The notes beneath the pieces were generated by a model, which saw nothing but the letters and a program-made list of their open reading frames with translations, searched no databases and was not told where the DNA came from. The position numbers and the translations under genes are program-made. From positions 1-64,000 of IMG/VR virus record IMGVR_UViG_3300035698_006183: 64,000 nt of DNA; one strand, written 5' to 3'. Positions 49,201-60,300 of this stretch are shown here, piece by piece. Origin of the DNA: a virus. Each line of letters begins with the position of its first letter. Positions within the stretch are counted from its first letter, which is position 1.

Positions 49201-50022
49201 ATGTCTTGGACACAGTTGAAAAAACACGAAAAAGGTTTATTTGATTTCAGTTTGACTACTCCGACTCCAGACGAACTTCAAGTTGTAGGGCTTCCTCCCA
49301 GAAACCCGAAACTGTTGGACTGGGCTACAGTTCCGTTCCCGAGTGCTGGATTACTTCGTTACCCTGTGGAGAATTACACGTTAACCTCGTATCGGCCAGA
49401 TACAACAGATAATGCTGATGCGACACTTCGTGATTATAGTACAGGTTATGGGGATGACATTAAAAACTATGTTCGTGTCTTCGATACTTCGTTTAGCCGT
49501 TCTAATCCAGCAAGTTCTACGCCCCCGTGGGATGCCGCAGGACAACCGTTTGTGACTTTACGGGTGGATGGACTCAAACTAGAGGATTTCAAATATACAG
49601 TACCTGGTTTAGGGACGTTATCTGAAGCAGGTTATCCAAAAATATCAGTTCAGGTGAAAGCACCTGGGTTGACGACGTGGATGGATGCTGGTCGTCCTGA
49701 CGGGTCCGGACCAAGTAAACAAAACCCAACTCTTGATGGTGCTGGCTGTCAAGTAATTAGCCCCCATACTTTTGATGGCCTCGACCCTGAGACGGGTATG
49801 GTGTACTGTCAGATACGTGTGAATGTCGGTCCCTTTGTTAATTTATCAACTGGGATTGATGGTGAAGTACCTGTAATGGTTAGGATTCAGATGAATGAGA
49901 TGAATGCAGGCGAGTATGATTTACGTGGTGGTGGCTCGGGGACAGCAGCTTCGGATGTTCGTGGGGTCACAGGACTCCATGTTATACACCCTGATGAAGT
50001 AGAAACAGCTCCTACAATCTAA
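46210..50022 (+). CDS. Large virion structural / fibre-associated protein
   Basis: N-terminal 'LKAHILDPKNAHDSSAISV...DVEDVLEDV' resembles the His-pair knot repeat of trimeric fibres. Start moved to ATG 46210, after AAGGAG. Confidence 0.55.
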   Translation: MPRNLNPKNIKIGPGQTVPDRGADAGLVNGAVTGGGGAGGDANLVLAALKAHILDPKNAHDSSAISVNPIPPLVSDDVEDVLEDVVGGMPYEPPMLGKSTRYVDFHSVPDWGSIKLNDTPIFLRDSDFDGLVNTNDFGDVYPYFHRPPFLNIDTSLMNYNEDFDSNQQYSPGFIPSNPHVTPEFDGQVQNKKYDLREHGTMFPNGGDVFADRVFNYPDVLGVDNTWDMKSGGTGRCYAGGFTRADDKVQKTLRLMANEIAGPWPMLVTISGSIYPADRGVIALLHFPHIPEPTSTEPWSDERRDAFLGQDITDRCIAALLLGQGVLGDACIESFGQASIGAPYPPACDGGPGGIFGVGVDSEGDYDPFTYPGRAGGQYDLEELHTGTSVISGIGTLPHPWGNLTDQGAGAGSKRAHYQIPGDDFYPAAGQVRLGSDPDAGDVLAWGIPILGGTVEAYMDAVSIPNYTDYPNIPYIGQSAIHDTNFFKYRLPVLDDYSNTSGLKHTPQSSTTPTVGESHRYFRAPDTSSPSENPYDWGATSVTFEVAGNYPPFQQDCTTWQIARYRHTFAMEGSQNLGSYAIFHFKSERDFEALMIDGVIPDDLYGIHFLTDQSNVVNENITVTDDPEYNGPIPGFGYEATFYNGLRDEVFVSGSVDDHVVDRGDIVTNTFDWEVPVLASDPGIMWVSGVAYYTAKKFLGGGDSFKLTEVATEVSNAWDKCYRTDDIPGDGLSGITPPALENSPNPAFMNLKCFGNNVESDLPGSYPGAWYRQNQYAVEFPFNTLGSNGFGDFSWDNGPANSDSLSIAIVDDVILSGDEDEPSFSSNAQPWFGIRRPLTHGGDWEGVIQPAWDLTNGHGFALENSEIVLLHTTSVWVDDPDGSGFDGSYGNFVKASAISTVYLSHYTAFSNLLTAEKDVSERFLDEIYRYRNRYSNNNHPIDSEALNSLVGPGIGTWHGGPVPIPTRAGQYYSAAEFPEPWTTYEDIDGYPTVVWISNMSWTQLKKHEKGLFDFSLTTPTPDELQVVGLPPRNPKLLDWATVPFPSAGLLRYPVENYTLTSYRPDTTDNADATLRDYSTGYGDDIKNYVRVFDTSFSRSNPASSTPPWDAAGQPFVTLRVDGLKLEDFKYTVPGLGTLSEAGYPKISVQVKAPGLTTWMDAGRPDGSGPSKQNPTLDGAGCQVISPHTFDGLDPETGMVYCQIRVNVGPFVNLSTGIDGEVPVMVRIQMNEMNAGEYDLRGGGSGTAASDVRGVTGLHVIHPDEVETAPTI

Positions 50023-50028
50023 TAGAGT

Positions 50029-50059
50029 CGGTGGAATGGTTATAGTTCACCTCTGTTAG
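50029..50059 (+). promoter_or_regulatory. Intergenic motif copy 4 (putative phage late promoter)
   Basis: CGGT-GGAATGG-TTAT-AGTTCACCTCTG-TTAG, upstream of the GAGGT RBS of the tailspike-like gene. Confidence 0.5.
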
Positions 50060-50087
50060 AAGTATGGCTTGAACATAAGAGGTAGAT

Positions 50088-53000
50088 ATGGCGTACGACC
50101 CAAATAAAGTGAATCTCGGGGCTGACCCTTTAACGAACCCAACAGCTTCGGATAGAGACCCTTGGCAAGAGGCGTTTAAACGCTTCTCATCTGTCCCTGA
50201 ATCGAAAACCTTACGTGCTTCAGAAGCTCTGGCAGGGATGACTGGTTCATGGGCATCTCAATATAAAATGGGTCCTACTGTAAATGATAATTCAGGAAGT
50301 CCTGAAACGACAACCCCCTCTGATTTCCAGATGAAGAATAACAAACTTGGGCGTCCTGGTATGCCTGAGATTGATTTCGTACCTTATAGTCATAACACTA
50401 ACCGATTTGGTAACAAAGGTGGGGCACTTCTTGGTGAACCTATTTCATTCGCCTGTGTTGGACCAACTGCCAAAATTGGTGGTGAGAAGATGGTTTGGCA
50501 ATGGGTAGTGGATTACGATAACTTGGTTGCTGACCATTATGTCATTCTCTTGGATGATATCATCGTGGATACTTCTGCTCCAACCTGGACAACTGCTGCT
50601 CGAACTGCTGATGTGAGTGATTACTACAATATCCAATCAGGAGATGTCGGGACACGTTTCGATGGTGGTTTATATCTGATGGTTCAGGAAACTGGCCACA
50701 CTAGTGAAATTGACCCTTCCTCTCCTGTTACAGGTGGTGTTGGTGATGGTGCTCTCATTCAAGATGGGATAACAACTCGGGTTCCAATTGAACCTTTGAC
50801 TTCCAACAGTAAAACGGAATTGTTCCGTATCGTTGAGTTGTACGAAGATGGTGGAGTTCTTGGGTTTGTACTGGATTCCAATAAATCCCTGGAAGATTAT
50901 TTCGATGTGGCTGGGGACCCCGCAGAACCAGACATCATTCGTCATATTACATTAGTTGAGCCTGCTGCTACTCGATTGGTAGCTATCCCTGACTCTGGTG
51001 AAGGCCGTAGCCGAGAACAAGTGTTTGCATTTACACCACCTCGACGGGCAATGACCTCTGAACATCAACCAATAGCCTCAGATTGGGAAGTTCTTGGGTA
51101 TTCAGAATATCCGTGGTTTGTGGAAACCACGTTTACTGATTTAAACATGTTTTATTATGATTATGCCCCCCAACTCCCTATTCAAAAACCATATATTGAA
51201 TGGGCTGATGTGATCATCCCAGATACTTCTGGATTCGGGGGTGGTGGTTCTTTAGGTATTACGGAAGTTCACTGGGATTCTGGTGCCGATGAGGTTTTGC
51301 CAGAAATCGGGGACATCCTGAAAATACACTCCATTCAAACAGATGACAGTTCCACTTGGGTTCCTGCCAATGGACGGTCTGTTAAATGGGGTAGTATCCT
51401 CGGATTTTTTGAAGTCTATGATGTGTATTTCCGGGGTGCGACTATTTGGGGAGTTAAGCTGAGGCGTTATGCTGAAGTTAACCCTGAAACTGGAAACTCT
51501 ATGTGGGGTGTTCAGAGACAATTCAGTGCTGACCTGGTGAATGATGAACCGACATTGAAATGTTCGGTCCACAAACCGGTTAAAGAACTCTGGAATAACC
51601 CCTGGTTCGATGCTGATGCATTAGACTCAACCAGACTGACCAGTATCATTGACCCTCGATGGGTTGAACGAGCTGGAATCGAAAGCACGGATTTAACCGA
51701 ACATGCTTTAGGTAAGAGTCCTTACCGACCAGATAGAGCTATCTTCGACACAGCTTCTTCTAATGCTGGTGCTGATGGTTCGAATGCTGACCCTGGAAAC
51801 CTTCAGAACTTGGGCTTCCGAGTTGTTTTGTTCCCAGGTAAAATAAAAACCGTTCCGACTTCCACTGGTGGTACCGAAGATATCATTGCTCCTGATTGGA
51901 GCCGTCCAATCACGTCCAATGAGCTGACAATTGACCCGACTGTTAATGAGAAACAATATATTGAGGTGGACTATGCTAACGGTTTCGTCCGTTTGTCACA
52001 TCCTCCCCAAGCAGTGGATGCTTCTGACCCAGATGCTGGGGATTTAGCTCCTGCTGATGACATTTTTGCAATTGATACAGATGATAACCCTCGTGGTGAA
52101 CAGGTGTTGTTTGCAGCATGTGTTCCTTACACTCAGGACATTGGCCAGATTGGGTCCGGACCTCGTGTAACAGCCCAAGCCTCCAGTAAAGATGTTTGTG
52201 ACGGGGTTGGTAATACGGCAGGTTCTGGTAGTTTCTACGATGTCTACAGCCACAGGGTAGCTTTTGATGTGGATACCACCTCAGCTCAGATTATTACATG
52301 CCGTAACCAGGTAGGTTCAATAGACCAACAACTAAGTTTGACAGGATTATTAGCTGACCAGTTACCCCCAACAGGTTTCTTTGAACTGTTCCAGAGTGGT
52401 GACCCTGTTCTTACAACTACGAACGTCCGTGGCTCCTTGTTTGGTTATTATGGAGTTGAAGAATCTGGTGGTAATACCATTCTTCATGGTGTTCATGGTG
52501 GGCTAGAAGCAGATGTTGACACCGTAAATATTAGTATTTCAGCTCCTGCACAGATTATCTTGCGGAGAGAGATGACTACTCCGAATGATCTTTACGGAAC
52601 AGCAACAGTTACATACCAGGATGATGTGACTTATGGTGATGCTAAACGAGCAGGAACACTTCGTTTTACTGGGGTTGATACCGTCGTAAACTTGGATGGT
52701 TCGGTTACTATTCGGATTCAGGATACTGCTGAAGATGCTTATGATAACCTGGGAGATTTGTTTTCCTCTTGGGTATTTGCTGGTGGAGAACTTACAGGGT
52801 ATTATGATGGGGGTGGCCCCGATTATGGTGTGAACATTGCCGAAACCACAATCATGTACCAAGGTTCCAGATTAGTTGTCCCAGCAGGGTTCTTAGTGAC
52901 TGGGGAAACAGACTTCGGTTATGTCTATGTAGATGGTTCTGATTGTTCCTACGGACTTTCGGCCACCATACCTTTGGCAGACCCAGAGCTTGTTCTTTTA

Positions 53001-56000
53001 GGTTCCTATGAAGGAACGGCAGCACTGGCTCCTGAAACAGCAGACCTCCGATATCCTTTATTGGATATTGACCGTCGGTTGGACATCTTCGTAGGTCTTC
53101 GACAGGATGGTAGTGGGACACCGTTGACCGGACACCACTTCTCTACTTTGGTTGAAGCAGTAACTTATGCCAATGAAATTCAGAATCCTACGTCAGGTAA
53201 TCCTGACTTAAAGGTCCGTATTCGAGTTGTAGGGTACACAGAAGAACCAGAAGCTGCATTACCTATCATGATAGGCACAGACGGGCTGATGATTGAATCT
53301 GACCCCTCAATGGGCCAATCACAGTCTGTTACCTGGGATGCTGATGATAAATGCCTGATTGATTTGAATGGTCATGATGGTTTGACCTTTGAAGGGATAT
53401 CTTTTCTCAGCACAAGTGCCGTAACAGAGAACACTGAACCTCTCCGAGCTTTGTTTACGAATACTGGAGGTACTGCCCGACGGCTACATGTCAATAATTG
53501 CCGTTTGATTGGAAGTCAGGGCTTCATGGCCATTAGTGAAGAACGTCTGGAAGATTGTTCCATTACCAACAATTATGGTGAAGATTTACTGGATTTCGGT
53601 ATTTACTTAACCAAAGAAACTTATAGTTCCTTAACCTTAATAGGTACGGTTGGTACGGTAGTGGTTACTTCGGGCTTCATTCGATTCATTGACCCTATTA
53701 CAACACAATTTTTAGATATGACAGTTACTACTGGAGGGACTATTACTGCGGGGCTTGGTAATGTTACTATATCTAATGGTGTTGACCCTGATTTAGTAGT
53801 ATCCACGAGAGCTGATATAGAATCTTATGGTGAAGGTACTATTACTCAGGGTGCTTCTGTCATAACATTTGAATATGGTGATAGAGGTATAATAGATATA
53901 GGTAAGATATCTACTTCTTCCATTTATATAGGTGTGGATATTTTAAACAACAGTGTTATCAAGAAGAACACTTTTATTCAAAGTTCTACTATCGGTAATA
54001 TGTCTGATAACCTACAGGAATTAGCTCTAACTGAGACATCTACCATTGATACAGATGCTGGATTCACTTTGACATTTACAGATAGTGTTACTTCCTTAGT
54101 TATCCCTCCAAGTTCTTCTTATACCCTTCAGAATGTAGCAGGGACTGCTGTAATTACTGGAGGTGCTGGTTTAATCATAGGGTTGAACGACACATTTGCA
54201 TTTAATGGTAGTGGCACGGGCTCTGCAACAATCACCCCGCCTGTAGGTGACCCGATTGTAGTCACAGCAGACACCTATGGGTATTTGATAACTCAGGGTG
54301 CCACTGATGTTGTCACTTTAAAACACAGCCCTATAGAGGGTCCCGTGACAGGTGGGGTTACTTCTTATATTGGTTATGATTTTGATTTACTGAATCCCCA
54401 TAACCAAATTAAAGATAATACCCTTATAGGTTTCCATACTGGTATTCACAGTAATTCTTTAAACAATTCTGAGGTGGCCTTTAACAATATTAGAGATACT
54501 AAAAACTCTGGTATTTATATAGGTGGTTTTTCACGATTTAATGATGTAAATGATAATATCCTAGATCATGTCTTCACTGAAGAACGTCTTGGATGGGAAC
54601 CTTTCCAATGGCCAACTCAGGAGTCAACAACAGGTCCCTTTGATTCAAGTACCGAAGCCTATAAAATTGGTTTGTTCGGAGAAGGTGACCATAATACTGT
54701 TGATTCAAATGTAGTGTCTACTGCCCAATATTCAGCACCTCTACATCTACCACTTACTTTTGGAGCCGTACCTGATCCAGGTTGGAATTATCCAGTATAT
54801 GATATTTGGACTGACGGGGACTATGTAAATATAAGTAACAACACAGTAACTTGGTTTATTGGCGGTAAAGGGGATAATTCCCAAGTAAGAGATAATGTTG
54901 TATTATGGTATGGTTTCCGAGATCAAATCATAAACACAAGTCTTTGGTTTTCAGGTTCAAGGGGTGGTTATATAAAATCTAACAACAAAATTAGTGGTAA
55001 TATATGCACAGGATATCTTTCCTTGTCCGATTCCCGTGAGACACGAGTTGAAGGGAATACAGCAGAGCGTTTCTATACCTCCAACCTTTATCAAAGTGGC
55101 CTTTCATCTACTCATAAGGGTTCCCCATTTTGTGAAATTATTGGTAACAATATAATTTATGGTATGTATATTAACGGCCCAGAAGATTATCGTTCTGAGG
55201 GGTGTCGTGTTGAAGGGAATACTGCTCCTTATCTACACATAGATGATTATAGTAGAGATGTTGTCGTTACTGGAAATACAATAAGTATCGTAGATGATTC
55301 GAGGTCAACTGCTTTGTTCTGTCAAGGCAAAAACTGTACGATTACAGGTAATCTATTCCAAAGGATTTGGGAAGGTGTGGAGGCAAGCATAGTAATAGTA
55401 ATAGTTGAGGGTGATACGGATTTAGTCTTAATTACTGGGGATAATTGTGTGTTCAGTGGAAATGAAGCTCTTCTTGAGTATGTTGCTGAATATATAATAT
55501 CACCAATAGCTCCGAGTGGTTATGGTCCGGTAACTTTTGATGCTTATTTAATTCCCGTGTCTGTGAAGAATGACGGAACTAGTGATGGTTCTTACGGTCG
55601 TAATGCTGTTATTACCGGAAATAATATTAAGATTGAAGTTAACTTGGAACTTATTGAGGGTACTCACGACCATAGTATAACGGTTGAAGGTAACCATATA
55701 GGTCTTTGGGTAAATGGGGTGACTAATGATTCGTATGGTAAAACTACTGGTCATACTATTACAGGGAACCGTATAGAAATTATTCAAAGACTTGTGACCG
55801 CAGGAACAGTGACTCCTGATGTAGTAAACCATGATGATGTTATTGGGATTAAATTTGACCCTGTTGGGGCATTAGCTAATAGTACAATATCTGGTAATAA
55901 TGTGTCGTCTACTTTCTTTGTTGATGCTGAAGGAGATATTACAGCAACGGCCATTTTCAATGGTATCCAGGGATTAAATAACGATGGTAATGTTACATAT

Positions 56001-56450
56001 AATGGAAACTTCATCAGTACCTCAGTAGACCTGACCTCGGGTGGGGATATGACGAGTGTGAGTAGTGGGATAGCAGCTTTAGTTGCTTATGGGGATGGGT
56101 CTACTGTAGTTGGAAACTCTGTTTCTAACCATATAGCTCGATCTATCGGAGGAGTTAATAATGTGACTCCCGGTATAGAAGCTGCCATGTATGTACAGAA
56201 TGGTTTAGTATCTGGTAACTATCTTGCAGAAGGCACTGATATTGATGGTAAGTTATTATTAGCAAACACCAGTAGTATAGTCATAACAGGTAATGTTATG
56301 GAAATGATTGATGCTATAACTCCTGGGACAGTTCCTCCAAATGCTTTGATTTCTAATAACCGTATTACAGATGGTGGTGGTACAGGTTGGTTTGGTATAG
56401 CTATTCCAGCATGGGCGGCCCCAGCAACAATCGGTGATAATAGAACATAA
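50088..56450 (+). CDS. Tailspike-like receptor-binding protein with C-terminal right-handed parallel beta-helix
   Basis: 'HFSTLVEAVTYA...IRVVG' cap followed by many (I/V).(G/N)N.(I/F) repeats (ITNNY, IKDNT, VAFNNI, ISNNT, ISGNI, VTGNT, ITGNL, ITGNN, VSGNY). Confidence 0.7.
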   Translation: MAYDPNKVNLGADPLTNPTASDRDPWQEAFKRFSSVPESKTLRASEALAGMTGSWASQYKMGPTVNDNSGSPETTTPSDFQMKNNKLGRPGMPEIDFVPYSHNTNRFGNKGGALLGEPISFACVGPTAKIGGEKMVWQWVVDYDNLVADHYVILLDDIIVDTSAPTWTTAARTADVSDYYNIQSGDVGTRFDGGLYLMVQETGHTSEIDPSSPVTGGVGDGALIQDGITTRVPIEPLTSNSKTELFRIVELYEDGGVLGFVLDSNKSLEDYFDVAGDPAEPDIIRHITLVEPAATRLVAIPDSGEGRSREQVFAFTPPRRAMTSEHQPIASDWEVLGYSEYPWFVETTFTDLNMFYYDYAPQLPIQKPYIEWADVIIPDTSGFGGGGSLGITEVHWDSGADEVLPEIGDILKIHSIQTDDSSTWVPANGRSVKWGSILGFFEVYDVYFRGATIWGVKLRRYAEVNPETGNSMWGVQRQFSADLVNDEPTLKCSVHKPVKELWNNPWFDADALDSTRLTSIIDPRWVERAGIESTDLTEHALGKSPYRPDRAIFDTASSNAGADGSNADPGNLQNLGFRVVLFPGKIKTVPTSTGGTEDIIAPDWSRPITSNELTIDPTVNEKQYIEVDYANGFVRLSHPPQAVDASDPDAGDLAPADDIFAIDTDDNPRGEQVLFAACVPYTQDIGQIGSGPRVTAQASSKDVCDGVGNTAGSGSFYDVYSHRVAFDVDTTSAQIITCRNQVGSIDQQLSLTGLLADQLPPTGFFELFQSGDPVLTTTNVRGSLFGYYGVEESGGNTILHGVHGGLEADVDTVNISISAPAQIILRREMTTPNDLYGTATVTYQDDVTYGDAKRAGTLRFTGVDTVVNLDGSVTIRIQDTAEDAYDNLGDLFSSWVFAGGELTGYYDGGGPDYGVNIAETTIMYQGSRLVVPAGFLVTGETDFGYVYVDGSDCSYGLSATIPLADPELVLLGSYEGTAALAPETADLRYPLLDIDRRLDIFVGLRQDGSGTPLTGHHFSTLVEAVTYANEIQNPTSGNPDLKVRIRVVGYTEEPEAALPIMIGTDGLMIESDPSMGQSQSVTWDADDKCLIDLNGHDGLTFEGISFLSTSAVTENTEPLRALFTNTGGTARRLHVNNCRLIGSQGFMAISEERLEDCSITNNYGEDLLDFGIYLTKETYSSLTLIGTVGTVVVTSGFIRFIDPITTQFLDMTVTTGGTITAGLGNVTISNGVDPDLVVSTRADIESYGEGTITQGASVITFEYGDRGIIDIGKISTSSIYIGVDILNNSVIKKNTFIQSSTIGNMSDNLQELALTETSTIDTDAGFTLTFTDSVTSLVIPPSSSYTLQNVAGTAVITGGAGLIIGLNDTFAFNGSGTGSATITPPVGDPIVVTADTYGYLITQGATDVVTLKHSPIEGPVTGGVTSYIGYDFDLLNPHNQIKDNTLIGFHTGIHSNSLNNSEVAFNNIRDTKNSGIYIGGFSRFNDVNDNILDHVFTEERLGWEPFQWPTQESTTGPFDSSTEAYKIGLFGEGDHNTVDSNVVSTAQYSAPLHLPLTFGAVPDPGWNYPVYDIWTDGDYVNISNNTVTWFIGGKGDNSQVRDNVVLWYGFRDQIINTSLWFSGSRGGYIKSNNKISGNICTGYLSLSDSRETRVEGNTAERFYTSNLYQSGLSSTHKGSPFCEIIGNNIIYGMYINGPEDYRSEGCRVEGNTAPYLHIDDYSRDVVVTGNTISIVDDSRSTALFCQGKNCTITGNLFQRIWEGVEASIVIVIVEGDTDLVLITGDNCVFSGNEALLEYVAEYIISPIAPSGYGPVTFDAYLIPVSVKNDGTSDGSYGRNAVITGNNIKIEVNLELIEGTHDHSITVEGNHIGLWVNGVTNDSYGKTTGHTITGNRIEIIQRLVTAGTVTPDVVNHDDVIGIKFDPVGALANSTISGNNVSSTFFVDAEGDITATAIFNGIQGLNNDGNVTYNGNFISTSVDLTSGGDMTSVSSGIAALVAYGDGSTVVGNSVSNHIARSIGGVNNVTPGIEAAMYVQNGLVSGNYLAEGTDIDGKLLLANTSSIVITGNVMEMIDAITPGTVPPNALISNNRITDGGGTGWFGIAIPAWAAPATIGDNRT

Positions 56451-56460
56451 TGAGGTTTAG

Positions 56461-57297
56461 ATGAGAGTCCTTATAGATCAAAAAGAACTGATAATAGATG
56501 GGCCTTCGGCTGACCTGAAGATTACCCAGGTGGACAAAACCCCTCCCAACTATGAAGACGGGACAGCTATCAATGGCCGTTTCATTCTTCCCGTTGTAGA
56601 TGGTGTGGAGTTTCAAGTAGACTCTGATTCTTATGTCCTTCCAATTGATGGTGATGACATAAGTAGCCAGGCTTTTGCCCATCTGCTGGCCACGTTCCCA
56701 ATGTATGGCCATATCTTCTTCAATCCACTCATCACTGCTCTGAATCTTGCTGATTCTGAGGGTGGTATTGATTTTTCTAAGACTTTTAAAGATGACAGCA
56801 ACACACCACCAGACCCACCGATTTATTATAATCCTCGACTACAAACAGGTCGGGAATCTGGTTCGGATGCTGGAAATTATCCGACTCACACGGCTTTACT
56901 GCCTCTCAATGATAAAGTAATAGCTCCTGCTCCAGACCGTCCAGGCCTTATGGTTACTAAGGAAATCGACCTTACTCCTTATACTGGCTCTGATGGAACA
57001 GATGAATTCTGTCTGTATTGGAAGCTGTTCAATTTTGAAACCTGTGAAGACCTTGCCGGGGACCATGAGAACGATGTTGTGGGTGAAAACACTCCAGCAA
57101 TTCGTCAAATTTTCGAGACAGACCCAGAACCAGATGACTTGTCTGTCTATATTTCCCCTGATAATGGAATCCATTGGTGTGAAGCAGGGTTCCTAGAACC
57201 GGTTGCTTTCACGTTCAAGACGACGAGCATTCGGCTGGCATTTTTGAACCGTGGTGATAGCAAAATTTACATTGCCAATTATTCAGCAATGTTTTAG
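56461..57297 (+). CDS. Hypothetical structural protein (278 aa)
   Basis: GAGGT RBS. C-terminal 'VYISPDNGIHW...IRLAF' is a beta-sandwich-type motif. Sits between two fibre genes. Confidence 0.6.
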   Translation: MRVLIDQKELIIDGPSADLKITQVDKTPPNYEDGTAINGRFILPVVDGVEFQVDSDSYVLPIDGDDISSQAFAHLLATFPMYGHIFFNPLITALNLADSEGGIDFSKTFKDDSNTPPDPPIYYNPRLQTGRESGSDAGNYPTHTALLPLNDKVIAPAPDRPGLMVTKEIDLTPYTGSDGTDEFCLYWKLFNFETCEDLAGDHENDVVGENTPAIRQIFETDPEPDDLSVYISPDNGIHWCEAGFLEPVAFTFKTTSIRLAFLNRGDSKIYIANYSAMF

Positions 57298-57311
57298 TAA
57301 GGGATTGACAC

Positions 57312-60300
57312 ATGGCAAATTTCGGACCCGATGTAAGCAGAACACTAGAGGCCGTCAATCGGCAGTTCAATACAGTCCTGTGGAGGAAGAATAAGCCCCC
57401 ACTCGATGCTGAACTGAACCTGATGAGCCAGATAGAGTGGGATAACCTTCGGGATGTTCTGCGTTCGATGATGCCTTCAGGTTTCATCACTGACCCAACA
57501 CGTCCTCTGGAAGATTTCCAGTTTGACCCATCATGGTCAAATATGTTCGTCCTGGGTAACCCTACGAAGCAGACTCTTGGTGAAACAACTACAATCGAAT
57601 CAAACCCAGTCGTTTGGGCTAATGTCAACGGTTGGTTAATCCCAGTCGTCGGAACAAATATTGACTCCGCCTGGTTAGCCTCTCAGGGTGAACCAACAAA
57701 CATCGTTCGTCTGAATCCTCCCCCTGAATCTGATGCACGAGTTGATTTCGTGTTTCTTGAAGCCTGGCAAACCAGACTCGATGCAAACCCTGCTTCGGCT
57801 CATAAGCCAGCTTCTGATAAAATCTGGAAGTACGGAAATGTTGAGTTTGGTGGAACTAATCTACCAGACGACCTTGAAGACCCAACTATTGGCCACCAGA
57901 CTTCGGCTCGTGTGCAAGTTCAGTATCGAATCCGAGTGTTCGGTTCAGGTGCTGGCCAAGGCCAGAGTGCAGACCTCATGAACTACCCTGACGGATTGGG
58001 ATACCCCAGCATCCTCGGGCAAGGTGCATCCTCTGCTGTAGTAGCAGGATACCCTTTCCAAAATATGCGTGAAGAACTTGGTGACCCCTCCTTATGGAGA
58101 GCTGGTGATGGCAACACAGCCAACGGGATGGAAACTGTAGACGGTTTCTCTTATGCTATTCCCATCTGTGCCGTGTTCCGTCGTAACTCCCGAGTGTATG
58201 TGGCCATGACTGCTGCTGGTAACCCTAACCACAATGGTGGTTTCAACAGGACCCCAGCAACTAGCCTGCTACCTAATCCTCTGACAGGAGCCAAAGCTCT
58301 GACTACGGCTACTATCGTAGGAGTCGGTGCTCACACAGGGATTGCAGCTTCTGATGGTTTCAGTGATTCAGGATTCGGTGTACCCGCAACTTCTGCTGAT
58401 ATTCCAATGCCTTACGGTAATTCTATAGAATTTGAAATCAATGTCTCTGGACTAGATGGCTCTGGTTTAGACGATACTGCTCAGAACTGGCCATACACGT
58501 ACATCAAGATTGAAGATGAGATTTTCAGTGTAGCCTCCGTGGATAAAGTTGCTGGCACTATCAGGATTCCTGAGAATGGCCGAAGCCGGTTCGGAACAAC
58601 TGTCACTGGTCATCTGACTGGTACAATCATTGAGTTCTACAACACTCGACCAGATGGCCTTTATTCCGACCAGGTTGACTGCTGTGACATCTTAGACCTC
58701 CGACGCGGTCTCAATGCCAATGACTGGGACTTTGGCCGTCTGCTGGAACGTGGAGTGGCTGACCTCCTAACAGGTAAACTGAGAACAGCTTGGAAACGAG
58801 AAGGTGCTTCCTACGGTGGAACTCAAGGTCCCGTCGTTCATGAAGTTGACCATCTCTATGCTTATGATTCAACTCACCCGAACGGCACTGACCCAATTGA
58901 TGGGCCAGATGGTGTTCGTACAGTTTGGTCTGATGCAGCTGCTATACAGCCTAACGTGACGACCCTTCTGGATAATGCTGCTGTGACTTCAGGTTCGACC
59001 CCACAGACCGTGGAATCTTTCAATGCTTCGGTCGAATGGGATGTAGCTCCTGGCTTCCGTCCTTCAGGTTTCTTGAATACTGGTGGTGGGCTAACAGAAG
59101 AAGAATCATTCTCGAATGGTTCTGTCCTCTTATTCCACATCGGTGGTGATGATGGTACTGAAGGTGCCCGAGGAACTTTCCGTGATGGAAGTACCCGAGC
59201 AGTTCGGTTCCTGATGCCTAAAGAGATGTGGCGTTCAGGCTACCCCGTGGTAGACCCTGGAAATGGCCAACAACATCCAATCCAACTTCGATTCTGGGGG
59301 GAGAGAGCTTTCGAGCCTGCTCCTGAGAACCTCGATGCAGTGAAAGCTGCCCGACATGTTGGCCCGATGTATCCTTGGAAAGACCTGTCATTCGAATATC
59401 CCTTCATTGCTCTTGGAGGAATCCTGAATGATGGTGGTTTGATGCAGATTGATGTGCCAAACTCATCTTTCCAGGCAGTCACCGAATATGATACTGAGGT
59501 CTTCTCTAACTACGACATCATCGAGATTGACCTCAATAGCTATGATTTCAATGCTAATGGCACTTATGGCCATTGGACCGAAGATTCTATCGGTGCTAAA
59601 CAGTTCACTAACGACCCGTCATTGGTCAGCAAACCTCTCCTGAGAGGTGAACGTACTCTATACGGCCTCCTGACAGACAATGGCCGTGACTTGACAGGTT
59701 TGTCTTCGGAAGTTTACCTGGTCATCTACGGTGATGATACATGGCGTGATAACAACGGTGCTTTCCAGGTTATCGGTGTTGGTACCGAAGGGTACACCAC
59801 TAATAATGCTGTCAACGGCACGAGTTTGGTTCTCCGTCCTCTGTCTGCTGACTTCGTAGATTTCGATTTTACTACGGCCAAAACATTGAGAGTAGAGTTT
59901 AGAACTCCTTACCATAATGCTGATGATGCTTCTGATGCTGAGAGCAGAGTAGCTGATTTGGCCGTCGTCTTAACAGACCTTGGTGGCATCCTGGATAAAG
60001 AAATCCGGGTCAGTGACATGACTATCTCAACTGGTGACCATCCTTGGAAACGGGAGCATCTGGGTGATGTAGCAGGGACAACTTACGACCTGGCTATTCC
60101 TTATGATACTGGTGCTCCCGCAGTCAACATTGCAGCTTGTAAAGCTCTGGTGGATTTGACTCTGATTTATCATCCTGGCCGAGGTTCAATGAACCGTGTG
60201 CCAGATGAACTGAATAGATTTGCTTTGAAAGGGAATAACACTCTGCCTGCCTCTGGTGGATACCTGAGAGGAAACCCTGCTAACATTGATACAACCTTTG

